Assembly: GCA_964016885.1 (NCBI GenBank)
Contig: OZ024744.1
Span: 113,522,001-113,586,000, forward strand
Length of the DNA: 64,000 bases
Direction of reading: 5' to 3'
Origin: Eledone cirrhosa
Taxonomy: Eukaryota
Shown: in pieces, positions 49,650 to 64,000 of the stretch
How the letters are laid out: each line of letters begins with the position of its first letter
Numbering within the stretch: the stretch's first letter is position 1
The notes under the pieces: model-generated
Seen by the model: only the letters and a program-made list of their open reading frames with translations
Databases searched by the model: none
What the model was told of the DNA's origin: nothing
Made by a program: the position numbers and the translations under genes

Positions 49650-51908
49650 TCATCATCATCAACGTTTAACGTCCGTGTTCCACGCTTGCATGGGTTTGGA
49701 CGGGGGTTTTCCCACTTGAGGCAAGAGTGATTGTCTTGCTCACATAAGACTGTCTGGCAGGTTTTCTACAGTTGGATGCCCTTCCTCACACCAACCACAT
49801 TTACAGTGTGGGTCTGGGAGGTTTTTACCGTGTTGCCTACACGGCCACATTACAGCGTGGACTGTGTTTTTTTGTCGTGACACCTACACAATCTCATTTG
49901 TTTCGGCCTGGATGGTGTGGCACCAACATAACTTTACATAGAAGGGGGCAGTGTGGATGGGGTGGGGGTGGTGGGACGGGGGGTGTATTTTGTTAGAGAT
50001 GCCTACTGACTGTAGTAGGTTTTACTATGTATTTAGGTAAGGCGGGTCTTCATGCGCATCACGTGTCCATACCAACGTAGTCTTCTCTGGAGTAAACAAC
50101 ATCTGATCCCTCTTATTTCTAATTTTTTTCTTAGTTCATTTATGCTTTGTCATTCACGTATATTACTATTACACATCCAGCGGAGCATGCAAGCTTCGTT
50201 CCTCTCTAGTCTGCGTATATCCTCTGCACACAATGCCCAGGTCTCACTGCCATGCAACATTGCAGTTCGTATGCAGGCATCATACAAACTGCCTTTCATT
50301 TTTAGGGAGAACCCTTTAGCGGCTAATAGTGGTATAAGCTCTCTGAACTTTTTCCATCCAGTTCTGACTCTAGCTACTGTACTTTCAGAGCACCCTCCCC
50401 CACTGCTGATTTTGTCACCCAGGTAACGGAAGCTGTCCACTATTTCTATAGAGCCCTCTTCGCAGTTGAAAGAGCTAGTATTTTGTGGGCACTTGTTGCT
50501 ACTTATTGCACCAGAGCACCGGCCACATGTGAAATCTATGTTCTTAGTTAGCTTACCTGTGATCCCACTACATCTTTTATGCACCCATACTTTGCATTTC
50601 TGACACAAAATGGAGTTTCTACCTACACCTTTCCTACACACTGAGCATGGCCACTTCCCGGAAGGGACCGCCGCCTTATTTTCTTTCCTACAAACTAGAA
50701 CTTTGGTCTTAGTCAGGTTAATTTTAAGGCCTTTTGATTCTAGGCCGTGCTTCCATGTTTGGAATTTCTTCTCTAGCTCGGCCATTGATTCCGCTATGAG
50801 TGTCAGGTCGTCTGCGTATAGGAGTTCCCATGGGCAGCCTGTCTTGAACTCCTCTGTTATAGCCTGAAGGGCAATAATAAATAGTAGTGGGCTGAGAACA
50901 GAGCCCTGATGGACGCCAACTTTTACGCTAAACTCTTCACTATATTCGTTGTTAATTCTAACCTTGCTGACTGTTTCTTTATACATGGCTTTTATAGCCC
51001 TCACAAGCCATTCGTCAACGCCTAGTTTTCTAAGAGCCCACCAGATAATGGAACGGTGGACTCTGTCGAAGGCTTTCTCCAAGTCGACAAAAGCTAAGTA
51101 TAGGGGTTTACTTTTAGCTAGGTACTTCTCCTGTAGTTGTCGTACAATGAAAAGAGCGTCTGTGGTACTTTTGCCTGACACAAACCCGAACTGCATTTCA
51201 TCTAGGTCAATTCTCTCTCTGATTAGTTGCGCTATTACTTTTTCCGTGACCTTCATGACCTGGTCGATTAATTTAATGCCTCTATAGTTACTCCTATCTA
51301 GGGCATCTCCTTTACCCTTATAACAGTTAACGATGATGCTGCTACGCCAGTCCTTCAGAACAACCCCATTCTGTACGACTTGGTTAACTATCCGGGTGAC
51401 CATGGTGTGTCCCACCGTGCCAGATGCCTTCAGCATCTCAGCAAATATTTCCGAAGGCCCAGCTGCCTTACCCAACTTCATATCCTTGATTGGCTTACTT
51501 ATTATACTACTCTTGACTAACACTGCTGGTCCCTCTATTGGGTCGATGTGGGGGAGACTGTCTTTCTCCCATTTATTCTCCTCATTTAGTAGCCTTTCAT
51601 AGTGACAATTCCAAGCTACCTTCTTATCAGCGTCAGTGATGGCAAGTACACCATCATCATTAAGTACACACTTCTCCCCGACAATATCACGGTTTTCCTT
51701 GACACATTGCCTAGCAATCCTGAACACCTCACGTTTTTGGTCCTCGCGTTGTAGAACATGCTTGAACTTTCTTTCCTCTGCTTCCCTTCTTGCGAAGTAC
51801 ACTTGTCTCCTAGCTTCCCTCCTGGCCACTTGATAGTCTTCTCTACTTCCCCCATCCCGCCATACTTTCCAAGCCTGCTTTTTGGCCTTAATTGACCCCT
51901 CCACCTTA
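49650..51908 (-). mobile_element. 5'-truncated young RTE LINE, ~585 codons open
   Basis: ORF 50150-52120 (element-derived from ~51908) contains a complete RT: NYRGIKL, FVDLEKAFD, GVHQGSVLSP, YADD. Confidence 0.96.
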
Positions 51909-51909
51909 A

Positions 51910-51913
51910 TACA

Positions 51914-51954
<41 letters not shown>

Positions 51955-52019
51955 CACACACAGGCATATATATACTATATAAATACACACACATATATAT
52001 ACATACTATATATATATAT

Positions 52020-52052
<33 letters not shown>

Positions 52053-52184
52053 CACACACATACATATACACACACACATATATATATATAAACACATATA
52101 TATACATACACCACACACATATATATATATATACACTAACACACATATATATAGATACACACAGACATATATATATTTACACAC

Positions 52185-52215
<31 letters not shown>

Positions 52216-52265
52216 TATATATATATACACACACACATATATATATATACACATACTATATATAT
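51910..52265. repeat. Compound (TA)n/(CA)n microsatellite
   Basis: Direct inspection. Confidence 0.95.
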
Positions 52266-52266
52266 T

Positions 52267-52357
52267 ATCATCATCGTCATGATTTTATGTCCGCGTTTCC
52301 CTGTTTGTAAGGATGGGACGGATTCTATTTAGCACAGCATCTCTCCACTTGACACGG
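52267..52357 (-). mobile_element. RTE 3' terminal fragment abutting the satellite
   Basis: The reverse complement matches 40459-40540 (aagtggagagatgctgtgct...cccatcct...cagggaa). Confidence 0.75.
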
Positions 52358-55300
52358 ATGTCTGTATGTAACAACACTGCCCTAGATGTGGTAGCAGTAC
52401 TGTAATGTGGTCTAGGATGTCTGTATATAACAACACTGTCCCAGAGGTGGTAGCAGTACTGTAATATGGTCTAGGATGTCTGTATGTAACAACACTGCCC
52501 TAGATGTGGTAGCAGTACTGTAATGTGGTCTAGGATGTCTGTATGTAACAACACTGTCCTAGATGTGGTAGCAGTACTGTAATGTGGTCTTGGATGTCTG
52601 TATGTAACAACACTGTCCAAGATGTGGTAGCAGTACTGTAATATGGTCTAGGATGTCTGTATGTAACAACACTGTCCCAGATGTGGTAGCAGTACTGTAA
52701 TGTGGTCTAGGATGTCTGTATGTAACAACACTGTCCTAGATGTGGTAGCAGTACTGTAACATAGTCTAGGATGTCTGTATATAACAACACTGTCCCAGAT
52801 GTTGTAGCAGTACTGTAATGTAGTCTAGGATGTCTGTATATAACAACACTGTCCCAGTTGTTGTAGCAGTACTGTAATGTAGTCTAGGATGTCTGTATAT
52901 AACAACACTGTCCCAGATGTGGTAGCAGTACTGTAATGTGGTCTAGGATGTCTGTATGTAACAACACTGTCCCAGATGTTTCTAGCAGTACTGTAATGTT
53001 GTCTAGGATGTCTGTATGTAACTACACTGTCCTAGATGTGGTAGTAGTACTGTAATGTGGTCTAGGATGTCTGTATATAACAACACTGTCCTAGATGTGG
53101 TAGCAGTACTGTAATGTGGTCTAGGATGTCTGTATGTAACAACACTGTCCCAGATGTGGTAGCAGTACTGGAATGTGGTGTAGGATGTCTGTATGTAACA
53201 ACACTGTCCTAGATGTGGTAGCAGTACTGTAATGTGGTCTAGGATCTCTGTATGTAACAACACTGTCCCAGATGTGGTAGCAGTACTGTAATGTAGTCTA
53301 GGATGTCTGTATGTAACAACACTGTCCCAGATGTGGTAACAGTACAGTAATGTGGTCTAGGATGTCTGTATGTAACAACACTGTACCAGATGTGGTAGCA
53401 GTACTGTAATGTGGTCTAGGATGTCTGTATGTAACAAAACTGCCCTAGATGTGGTAGCAGTACTGTAATGTGGTCTAGGATGTCTGTATGTAACAACACT
53501 GTCCCAGATGTGGTAACAGTACAGTAATGTGGTCTAGGATGTCTGTATGTAACAACACTGTACCAGATGTGGTAGCAGTACTGTAATGTGGTCTAGGATG
53601 TCTGTATGTAACAACACTGCCCTAGATGTGGTAGCAGTACTGTAATGTGGTCTAGGATGTCTGGATGTAACAACACTGTCCCAGATGTGGTAACAGTACT
53701 GTAATGTGGTCTAGGATGTCTGTATGTAACAACACTGTCCCAGATGTGGTAGCAGTACTGTAATGTGGTCTAGGATGTCTGTATGTAACAACACTGTCCC
53801 AGATGTGGTAGCAGTACTGTAATGAGGTCTAGGATGTCTGTATGTAACAATACTGTCCCAGATGTGGTAGCAGTACTGTAATGTAGTCTAGGATGTCTGT
53901 ATGTAACAACACTGTCCCAGATGTGGTAGCATTACTGTAATGTAGTCTAGGATGTCTGTATGTAACAACAATGTCCCAGATGTGGTAGCAGTACTGTAAT
54001 GAGGTCTAGGATGTCTGTATGTAACAACACTGTCCCAGATGTGGTAGCAGTACTGTAACATAGTCTAGGATGTCTGTATATAACAACACTGTCCCAGATG
54101 TGGTAGCAGTACTGTAATGTGGTCTAGGATGTCTGTATGTAACAACACTGTCCCAGATGTGGTAGCAGTACTGTAATGTAGTCTAGGATGTCTGCATATA
54201 ACAACACTGTCCCAGATGTGGTAGCAGTACTGTAATGTAGTCTAGGATGTCTGTATATAACAACACTGTCCCAGATGTGGTAGCAGTACTGTAATGTGGT
54301 CTAGGATGTCTGTATGTAACAACACTGTCCCAGATGTGGTAGCAGTACTGTAATGTGGTCTAGGATGTCTGTATGTAACAACACTGTCCCAGATGTGGTA
54401 ACAGTACTGTAATGTAGTCTAGGATGTCTGTATATAACAACACTGTCCCAGATGTGGTAGCAGTACTGTAATGTAGTCTAGGATGTCTGTATGTAACAAC
54501 ACTGTACCAGATGTGGTAGCAGTACTGTAATGTAGTCTAGGATGTCTGTATGTAACAACACTGTCCCAGATGTGGTAGCAGTACTGTAATGTGGTCTAGG
54601 ATGTCTGTATGTAACAACACTGTCCCAGATGTGGTAGCAGTACTGTAATGAGGTCTAGGATGTCTGTATGTAACAATACTGTCCCAGATGTGGTAGCAGT
54701 ACTGTAATGTAGTCTAGGATGTCTGTATGTAACAACACTGTCCCAGATGTGGTAGCATTACTGTAATGTAGTCTAGGATGTCTGTATGTAACAACAATGT
54801 CCCAGATGTGGTAGCAGTACTGTAATGAGGTCTAGGATGTCTGTATGTAACAACACTGTCCCAGATGTGGTAGCAGTACTGTAACATAGTCTAGGATGTC
54901 TGTATATAACAACACTGTCCCAGATGTGGTAGCAGTACTGTAATGTGGTCTAGGATGTCTGTATGTAACAACACTGTCCCAGATGTGGTAGCAGTACTGT
55001 AATGTAGTCTAGGATGTCTGCATATAACAACACTGTCCCAGATGTGGTAGCAGTACTGTAATGTAGTCTAGGATGTCTGTATATAACAACACTGTCCCAG
55101 ATGTGGTAGCAGTACTGTAATGTGGTCTAGGATGTCTGTATGTAACAACACTGTCCCAGATGTGGTAGCAGTACTGTAATGTGGTCTAGGATGTCTGTAT
55201 GTAACAACACTGTCCCAGATGTGGTAACAGTACTGTAATGTAGTCTAGGATGTCTGTATATAACAACACTGTCCCAGATGTGGTAGCAGTACTGTAATGT

Positions 55301-58300
55301 AGTCTAGGATGTCTGTATGTAACAACACTGTACCAGATGTGGTAGCAGTACTGTAATGTAGTCTAGGATGTCTGTATGTAACAACACTGTCCCAGATGTG
55401 GTAGCAGTACTGTAATGTGGTCTAGGATGTCTGTATGTAACAACACTGTACCAGATGTGGTAGCAGTACTGTAACAGTCTAGGATGTCTGTATATAACAA
55501 CACTGTCCCAGATGTGGTAGCAGTACTGTAATGTGGTCTAGGATGTCTGTATGTAACAACACTGTCCCAGATGTGGTAGCAGTACTGTAATGTAGTCTAG
55601 GATGTCTGTATATAACAACACTGTCCCAGATGTGGTAGCAGTACTGTAATGTAGTCTAGGATGTCTGTATATAACAACACTGTCCCAGATGTGGTAGCAG
55701 TACTGTAATGTGGTCTAGGATGTCTGTATGTAACAACACTGTCCCAGATGTGGTAGCAGTACTGTAATGTGGTCTAGGATGTCTGTATGTAACAACACTG
55801 TCCCAGATGTGGTAACAGTACTGTAATGTAGTCTAGGATGTCTGTATATAACAACACTGTCCCAGATGTGGTAGCAGTACTGTAATGTAGTCTAGGATGT
55901 CTGTATGTAACAACACTGTCCCAGATGTGGTAGCAGTACTGTAATGTAGTCTAGGATGTCTGTATGTAACAACACTGTCCCAGATGTGGTAGCAGTACTG
56001 TAATGAAGTCTAGGATGTCTGTATGTAACAACACTGTACCAGATGTGGTAGCAGTATTGTAATGTGGTCTAGGATGTCTGTATGTAACAACACTGTACCA
56101 GATGTGGTAGCAGTACTGTAATGTGGTCTAGGATGTCTCTATATAACAACACTGTCCCAGATGTGGTAGCAGTACTGTAATGTAGTCTAGGATGTCTGTA
56201 TGTAACAACACTGTCCCAGATGTGGTAGCAGTACTGTAATGAAGTCTACGATGTCTGTATGTAACAACACTGTACCAGATGTGGTAGCAGTATTGTAATG
56301 TGGTCTAGGATGTCTGTATGTAACAACACTGTACCAGATGTGGTAGCAGTACTGTAATGTGGTCTAGGATGTCTCTATATAACAACACTGTCCCAGATGT
56401 GGTAGCAGTACTGTAATGTAGTCTAGGATGTCTGTATGTAACAACACTGTACCAGATGTGGTAGCAGTACTGTAATGTGGTCTAGGACGTCTGTATGCAA
56501 CAACACTGCACCAGATGTGGTAGCAGTACTGTAATGTGGTCTAGGATGTCTCTATATAACAACACTGTCCCAGATGTGGTAGCAGTACTGTAATGTAGTC
56601 TAGGATGTCTGGATGTAACACTGTCCTAGATGTGGTAGCAGTACTGTAATGTGGTCTAGGATGTCTGTATGTAACAACACTGTCCCAGATGTGGTAGCAC
56701 TACTTTTATGTGGTCTAGGGTGTCTGTATGTAACAACACTGTCCTAGATGTGGTAGCAGTACTGTAATGTGCTCTAGGATGTCTGTATGTAATAACACTG
56801 TACCAGATGTGGTCTAGGATGTCTGTATGGAACAACACTGTCCTAGATGTGGTAGCAGTACTGTAATGTGGTCTAGGATGTCTGTATATAACACTGTCCC
56901 AGATGTGGTAGCAATACTGTAATGTTGTCTAGCATGTCTGTATGTAACAACACTGTCCTAGATGTGGTAGCAGTACTGTAATGTGGTCTAGGATGTCTGT
57001 ATGTAACAACACTGTCCCAGAAGTGGTAGCAGTACTGTAATGTAGTCTAGGATGTCTGTATGGAACAACACTGTCCTAGATGTGGTAGCAGTACTGTAAT
57101 GTGGTCTAGGATGTCTGTATGTAACAACACTGTCCCAGATGTGGTAGCAGTACTGTAATGTGGTTTAGGATGTTTGTATATAACAACACTGTCCTAGATG
57201 TGGTAGCAGTACTGTAGTATAGTCTAGGATGTCTGTATGTAACAACACTGTCCCAGATGTGGTAGCAGTACTGTAATGTGGTCTAGGATGTCTGTATGTA
57301 ACAACACTGTCCCAGATGTGGTAGCAGTACTGTAATGTGGTCGAGGATGTCTGTATGTAACATCACTGTCCCAGATGTGGTAGCAATACTGTAATGTTGT
57401 CTAGGATGTCTGTATGTAACAACACTGTCCCAGATGTGGTAGCAGTACTGTAATGTGGTCGAGGATGTCTGTATGTAACATCACTGTCCCAGATGTGGTA
57501 GCAGTACTCTAATGTTGTCTAGGATGTCTGTATGTAACAACACTGTCCCAGATGTGGTAGCAGTACTGTAATGTGGTCTACGATGTCTGTATATAACAAC
57601 ACTGTCCCAGATGTGGTAGCAGTACTGTAATGTTGTCTAGCATGTCTGTATATAACAACACTGTCCTAGATGTGGTAGCAGTACTGTAATGTGGTCTAGG
57701 ATGTCTGTATGTAACACTGTCCCAGATGTGGTAGCTGTACTGTAATGTAGTCTAGGATGTCTGTATGTAACAACACTGTCCCAGATGTGGTTGCAGTACT
57801 GTAATGTGGTCTAGGATGTCTGTATATAACAACACTGTCCCAGATGTGGTAGCAGTACTGTAATGTTGTCTAGCATGTCTGTATGTAACAACACTGTCCT
57901 AGATGTGGTAGCAGTACTGTAATGTGGTCTAGGATGTCTGTATGTAACAACACTGTCCCAGAAGTGGTAGCAGTACTGTAATGTGGTCTAGGATGTCTGT
58001 ATATAACAACACTGTCCCAGATGTGGTAGCAGTACTGTAATATGGTTTAAGATGTCTGTAAGTAACAACACTGTCCCAGATGTGGTAGCAGTACTGTAAT
58101 ATGGTTTAAGATGTCTGTAAGTAACAACACTGTCCCAGATGTGGTAGCAGTACTGTAACGTGGTCTAGGATGTCTGTATGTAATAACCCTGTCCCAGATG
58201 TGGTAGCAGTACTGTAATGTAGTCTAGGATGTCTGGATGTAACAACACTGTCCTAGATGTGGTAGCAGTACTGTAACGTGCTCTAGGATGTCTGTATGTA

Positions 58301-61300
58301 ATAACACTGTACCAGATGTGGTCTAGGATGTCTGTATGGAACAACACTGTCCTAGATGTGGTAGCAGTACTGTAATGTGGTCTAGGATGTCTGTATATAA
58401 CAACACTGTCCCAGATGTGGTAGCAGTACTGTAATGTTGTCTAGCATGTCTGTATGTAACAACACTGTCCTAGATGTGGTAGCAGTACTGTAATGTGGTC
58501 TAGGATGTCTGTATGTAACAACACTGTCCCAGAAGTGGTAGCAGTACTGTAATGTAGTCTAGGATGTCTGTATGGAACAACAATGTCCTAGATGTGGTAG
58601 TAGTACTGTAATGTGGTCTAGGATGTCTGTATGTAACAACACTGTACCAGGTGTGGTAGCAGTACTGTAATGTGGTCTAGGATATCTGTATGTAACAACA
58701 CTGTACCAGGTGTGGTAGCAGTACTGTAATGTGGTCTAGGATGTCTGTATATAACAACACTGTCCCAGATGTGGTAGCAGTACTGTAATGTGGTCTAGGA
58801 TGTCTGTATATAACAACACTGTCCCAGATGAGGTAGCAGTACTGTAATGTGGTCTAGGATGTCCGTATGTAACAACACTGTCCTAGATGTGGTAGCAGTA
58901 CTGTAGTGTAGTCTAGGATGTCTGTATGTAACAACACTGTCCCAGATGTGGTAGCAGTACTGTAATGTTGTCTAGGATGTATGTAAGTAACAACACTGTC
59001 CCAGATGTGGTAGCAGTACTGTAATGTTGTCTAGGATGTCTGTATGTAACAACACTGTCCCAGATGTGGTAGCAGTACTGTAATGTGGTCGAGGATGTCT
59101 GTATGTAACATCACTGTCCCAGATGTGGTAGCAGTACTGTAATGTTGTCTAGGATGTCTGTATGTAACAACACTGTCCCAGATGTGGTAGCAGTACTGTA
59201 ATGTGGTCGAGGATGTCTGTATGTAACATCACTGTCCCAGATGTGGTAGCAGTACTCTAATGTTGTCTAGGATGTCTGTATGTAACAACACTGTCCCAGA
59301 TGTGGTAGCAGTACTGTAATGTGGTCGAGGATGTCTGTATGTAACAACACTGTCCCAGATGTGGTAGCAGTACTGTAATGAAGTCTAGGATGTCTGTATG
59401 TAACAACACTGTACCAGATGTGGTAGCAGTATTGTAATGTGGTCTAGGATGTCTGTATGTAATAACACTGTACTAGATCTGGTAGCAGTACTGTAATGTT
59501 GTCTAGGATGTCTGTCTGTAACGACACTGTACCAGATGTGGTAGCAGTACTGTAATGTGGTCTAGGATGTCAGTATGTAATAACACTGTACAAGATCTGG
59601 TAGCAGTACTGTAATATTGTCTAGGATGTCTGTATGTAACGACACTGTACCAGATGTGGTAGCAGTACTGTAATGTGGTCTAGGATGTCAGTATGTAATA
59701 ACAGTATACCAGATCTGGTAGCAGTACTGTAATGTTGTCTAGGATGTCTGTATGTAACGACACTGTACCAGATCTGGTAGCAGTACTGTAATGTTGTCTA
59801 GGAAGTCTGTATGTAACAACACTGTCCCAGATGTGGTAGCAGTACTGTAATGTGGTCTAGGATGTCTGTATGTAAAAACACTGTCCCAGATGTGGTAGCA
59901 GTACTGTAATGTAGTCTACGATGTCTGTATGTAACGACACTGTACCAGATGTGGTAGTAGTACTGTAATGTAGTCTAGGATGTCTGTATGTAACAACACT
60001 GTCCCAGCTGTGGTAGCAGTACTGTAATGTGGTCTAGGATGTCTGCATGTAATAACACAGTACAAGATGTGGTAGCAGTACTGTAATGTAGTCTACGATG
60101 TCTGTATGTAACGACACTGTACCAGATGTGGTAGCAGTACTGTAATGTAGTCTAGGATGTCTGTATATAACAACACTGTCCCAGATGTGGTAGCAGTACT
60201 GTAATGTGGTCTAGGATGTCTGTATGTAATAACACTGTACCAGATCTGGTAGCAGTACTGTAATGTGGTCTAGGGTGTCTGTATGTAACAACACTGTACC
60301 AGATGTGGTAGTAATACTGTAATGTGGCCTAGGATGTCTCTATATAACAACACTGTACTAGATGTGGTAGCAGTACTGTAATGTGGTCTAGGATGTCTGT
60401 ATGTAACAACACTGTCCCAGATGCGGTAGCAGTACTGTAACGTGGTTTAGGATGTCTGTATATAACAACAATGTCCTAGATGTGGTAGTAGTACTGTAAT
60501 GTAGTCTAGGATGTCTGTATGTAACAACACTGTCCCAGATGTGGTAGCAGTACTGTAATGTAGTCTAGGATGTCTGTATGTAACAACACTGTCCCAGATG
60601 TGGTAGAGAGTACTATAATGTTGTCTAGGATGTATGTAAGTAACAACACTGTCCCAGATGTGGTAGCAGTACTCTAATGTGGTCTAGGATGTCTGTATGT
60701 AACAACACTGTCCCAGATGTGGTAGCAGTACTGTAATGTGGTCTAGGATGTCTTTATGTAACAACACTGTCCCAGATTTCGTAGCAGTACTGTAATGTGG
60801 TCTAGGATGTCTGTATGTAACAACACTATCCCAGATGTGGTAGCAGTACTGTAATGTGGTCTAGGATGTCTGTATGTAACTACACTGTCCTAGATGTGGT
60901 AGCAGTACTGTAATGTAATCTAGGATGTCTGTATGTCAACACTATCCCAGATGTGGTAGCAGTACTGTAATGTGGTCTAGGATGTCTGTATGTAACAACA
61001 CTGTCCAAGATGTGGTAGCAGTACTGTAATGTGGTCTAGGATGTCTGTATGTAACTACACTGTCCCAGATGTGGTAGCAGTACTGTAATGTGGTCTAGGA
61101 TGTCTGTATGTAACAACACTGTCCCAGATTTTGTAGCAGTACTGTAATGTGGTCTAGGATGTCTGTATGTAACAACACTGTCCCAGATGTGGTAGCAGTA
61201 CTGTAATGTGGTCTAGGATGTCTGTATGTAACTACACTGTCCTAGATGTGGTAGCAGTACTGTAATGTAATCTAGGATGTCTGTATGTAACAACACTATC

Positions 61301-64000
61301 CCAGATGTGGTAGCAGTACTGTAATGTGGTCTAGGATGTCTGTATGTAACAACACTGTCCAAGATGTGGTAGCAGTACTGTAATGTGGTCTAGGATGTCT
61401 GTATGTAACTACACTGTCCTAGATGTGGTAGCAGTACTGTAATGTAATCTAGGATGTCTGTATGTAACAACACTGTCCCAGATGTGGTAGCAGTACTGTA
61501 ATGTAATCTAGGATGTCTGTATGTAACAACACTATCCCAGATGTGGTAGCAGTACTGTAATGTGGTCTAGGATGTCTGTATGTAACAACACTGTCCCAGA
61601 TGTGGTAGCAGTCCTGTAATGTGGTCTAGGATGTCTGTATGTAACAACACTGTCCCAGATTTTGTAGCAGTACTGTAATGTGGTCTAGGATGTCTGTATG
61701 TAACAACACTGTCCCAGATGTGGTAGCAGTACTGTAATGTGGTCTACGATGTCTGTATATAACAACACTGTCCCAGATGTGGTAGCAGTACTGTAATGTT
61801 GTCTAGCATGTCTGTATATAACAACACTGTCCTAGATGTGGTAGCAGTACTGTAATGTGGTCTAGGATGTCTGTATGTAACACTGTCCCAGATGTGGTAG
61901 CAGTACTGTAATGTAGTCTAGGATGTCTGTATGTAACAACACTGTCCTAGATGTGGTAGCAGTACTGTAATGTAATCTAGGATGTCTGTATGTAACAACA
62001 CAGTCCCAGATGTGGTAGCAGTACTGTAATGTAGTCTAGGATGTCTGTATGTAACAACACTGTCCCAGATGTGGTAGCAGTACTGTAATGTAGTCTAGGA
62101 TGTCTGTATGTAAAAACACTGTCCCAGATGTGGTAGCAGTACTGTAATGTGGTCTATGATGTCTGTATGTAACAACACTGTCCTAGATGTGGTGGCAGTA
62201 CTGTAATGTAGTCTAGGATGTCTGTATGTAACAACACTGTACCAGATGTGGCAGCAGTACTGTAATGTGATCTAGGATGTCTGTATATAACACTGTCCCA
62301 GATGTGGTAGCAGTACTGTAACGTAGCCTAGGATGTCTGTATATAACAACACTGTCCCAGATGTGGTCTAGGATGTCTGTGTGTAACAACACTGTCCCAG
62401 ATGTGGTAGCAGTACTGTAATGTAGTCTAGGATGTCTGTATGTAACAACACTGTCCCAGATGTGGTAGCAGTACTGTAATGTGGTCTAGGATGTCTGTAT
62501 GTAACTACACTGTCCTAGATGTGGTAGCAGTACTGTAATGTAATCTAGGATGTCTGTATGTAACAACACTATCCCAGATGTGGTAGCAGTACTGTAATGT
62601 GGTCTAGGATGTCTGTATGTAACAACACTGTCCCAGATGTGGTAGCAGTACTGTAATGTGGTCTAGGATGTCTGTATGTAACTACACTGTCCTAGATGTG
62701 GTAGCAGTACTGTAATGTAATCTAGGATGTCTGTATGTAACAACACTGTCCCAGATGTGGTAGCAGTACTGTAATGTAATCTAGGATGTCTGTATGTAAC
62801 AACACTATCCCAGATGTGGTAGCAGTACTGTAATGTGGTCTAGGATGTCTGTATGTAACAACACTGTCCCAGATGTGGTAGCAGTACTGTAATGTGGTCT
62901 AGGATGTCTGTATGTAACTACACTGTCCTAGATGTGGTAGTAGTACTGTAATGTGGTCTAGGATGTCTGTCTGTAACAACACTGTCCCAGATGTGGTAGC
63001 AGTACTGTAATGTAGTCTAGGATGTCTGTATGTAACAACACTGTCCTAGCTGTGGTAGCAGTACTGTAATGTTGTCTAGGATGTCTGTATGTAACAACAC
63101 TGTCCCTGATGTGGTAGAAGTACTGTAATGTGGTCTAGGGTGTCTGTATGTAACAACACTGTCCCAGATGTGGTAGCAGTACTGTAATATGGTTTAAGAT
63201 GTCTGTAAGTAACAACACTGTCCCAGATGTGGTAGCAGTACTGTAATGTGGTCTAGTATGTCTGTATATAACAACCCTGTCCCAGATGTGGTAGCAGTAC
63301 TGTAATGTTGTCTAGGATATCTGTATGTAACAACACTGTCCCTGATGTGGTAGAAGTACTGTAATGTGGTCTAGGGTGTCTGTATGTAACAACACTGTCC
63401 CAGATGTGGTGGCAGTACTGTAATGTGGTCTAGGATGTCTGTATATAACACCACTGTCCCAGATGTGGTAGCAGTACTGTAATGTGGTCTAGCATGTCTG
63501 TATGTAACAACACTGTCCCTGATGTGGTAGCAGTACTGTAATGTGGTCTAGGATGTCTGTATGTAACAACACTGTCCTAGATGTGGTAGCAGTACTGTAA
63601 TGTGGTCAGGATGTCTGTATGTAACAACACTGTCCCAGATGTGGTAGCAGTACTGTAATGTGGTCAGGATGTCTGTATATAACAACACTGTCCCAGATGT
63701 AGTAGCAGTACTGTAGTGTTGTCTAGGATGTCTGTATGTAACAACACTGTCCCAGGTGTTGTAGCAGTACTGTAATGTTGTCTAGGATGTCTGTATATAA
63801 CAACATTGTACCAGATGTGGTAGCAGTACTGTAATGTGGTCTAGGATGTCTGTATGTAACAACACTGTCCTAGATGTGGTAGCAGTACTGTAATGTTGTC
63901 TAGGATGTCCGTACGTAACAACACTATACCAGATGTGGTAGCAGTACTGTAACGTAGTCTAGGATGTCTCTATGTAACAACACTGTCCCAGATGTGGTAG
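52356..64000. repeat. 59-bp satellite, ~197 copies, running off the window end
   Basis: Unit ggatgtctgtatgtaacaacactgtcccagatgtggtagcagtactgtaatgtggtcta. Confidence 0.97.

Noticed and set aside
51909-52120. N-terminus of the 656-aa ORF
   Set aside because: Read-through of microsatellite. The LINE is 5' truncated at ~51908.
53003-58347. ORFs within the 59-bp satellite, including a CPRCGSS zinc-finger-like reading
   Set aside because: The unit is not a multiple of 3, stops are frequent, and there are no splice or homology signals.

Overview
Eukaryotic, AT-rich, repeat-dominated animal DNA. The SINE/RTE repertoire looks octopus-like, which is an inference. The window lies inside one large minus-strand gene encoding an oxysterol-binding protein (OSBP/ORP family). 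Eight GT-AG exons from 45368 down to 18669 splice in frame and give the FFAT motif plus almost all of the ORD domain. The PH-domain exons and the last exon were not found, so they probably lie outside the window. The introns hold many RTE-clade LINE copies (one near full length), two tRNA-derived SINE families, a Penelope-like element (RT + GIY-YIG), a CR1/L2-type LINE fragment, piggyBac and mariner relics, and large satellites of 52, 59, ~58 and 96 bp. Three observations stand out. (1) At least 7 loci carry type-I hammerhead ribozyme motifs inside short non-coding elements next to (TA)n tracts; the best-preserved are antisense to the host gene and the sense copies are damaged. (2) A cluster of long fold-back palindromes is present, one demonstrably formed by hairpin-primed copy-back. 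(3) Three satellites were each amplified from a different piece of RTE coding sequence. All structures and alignments were read by eye; no programs were run.
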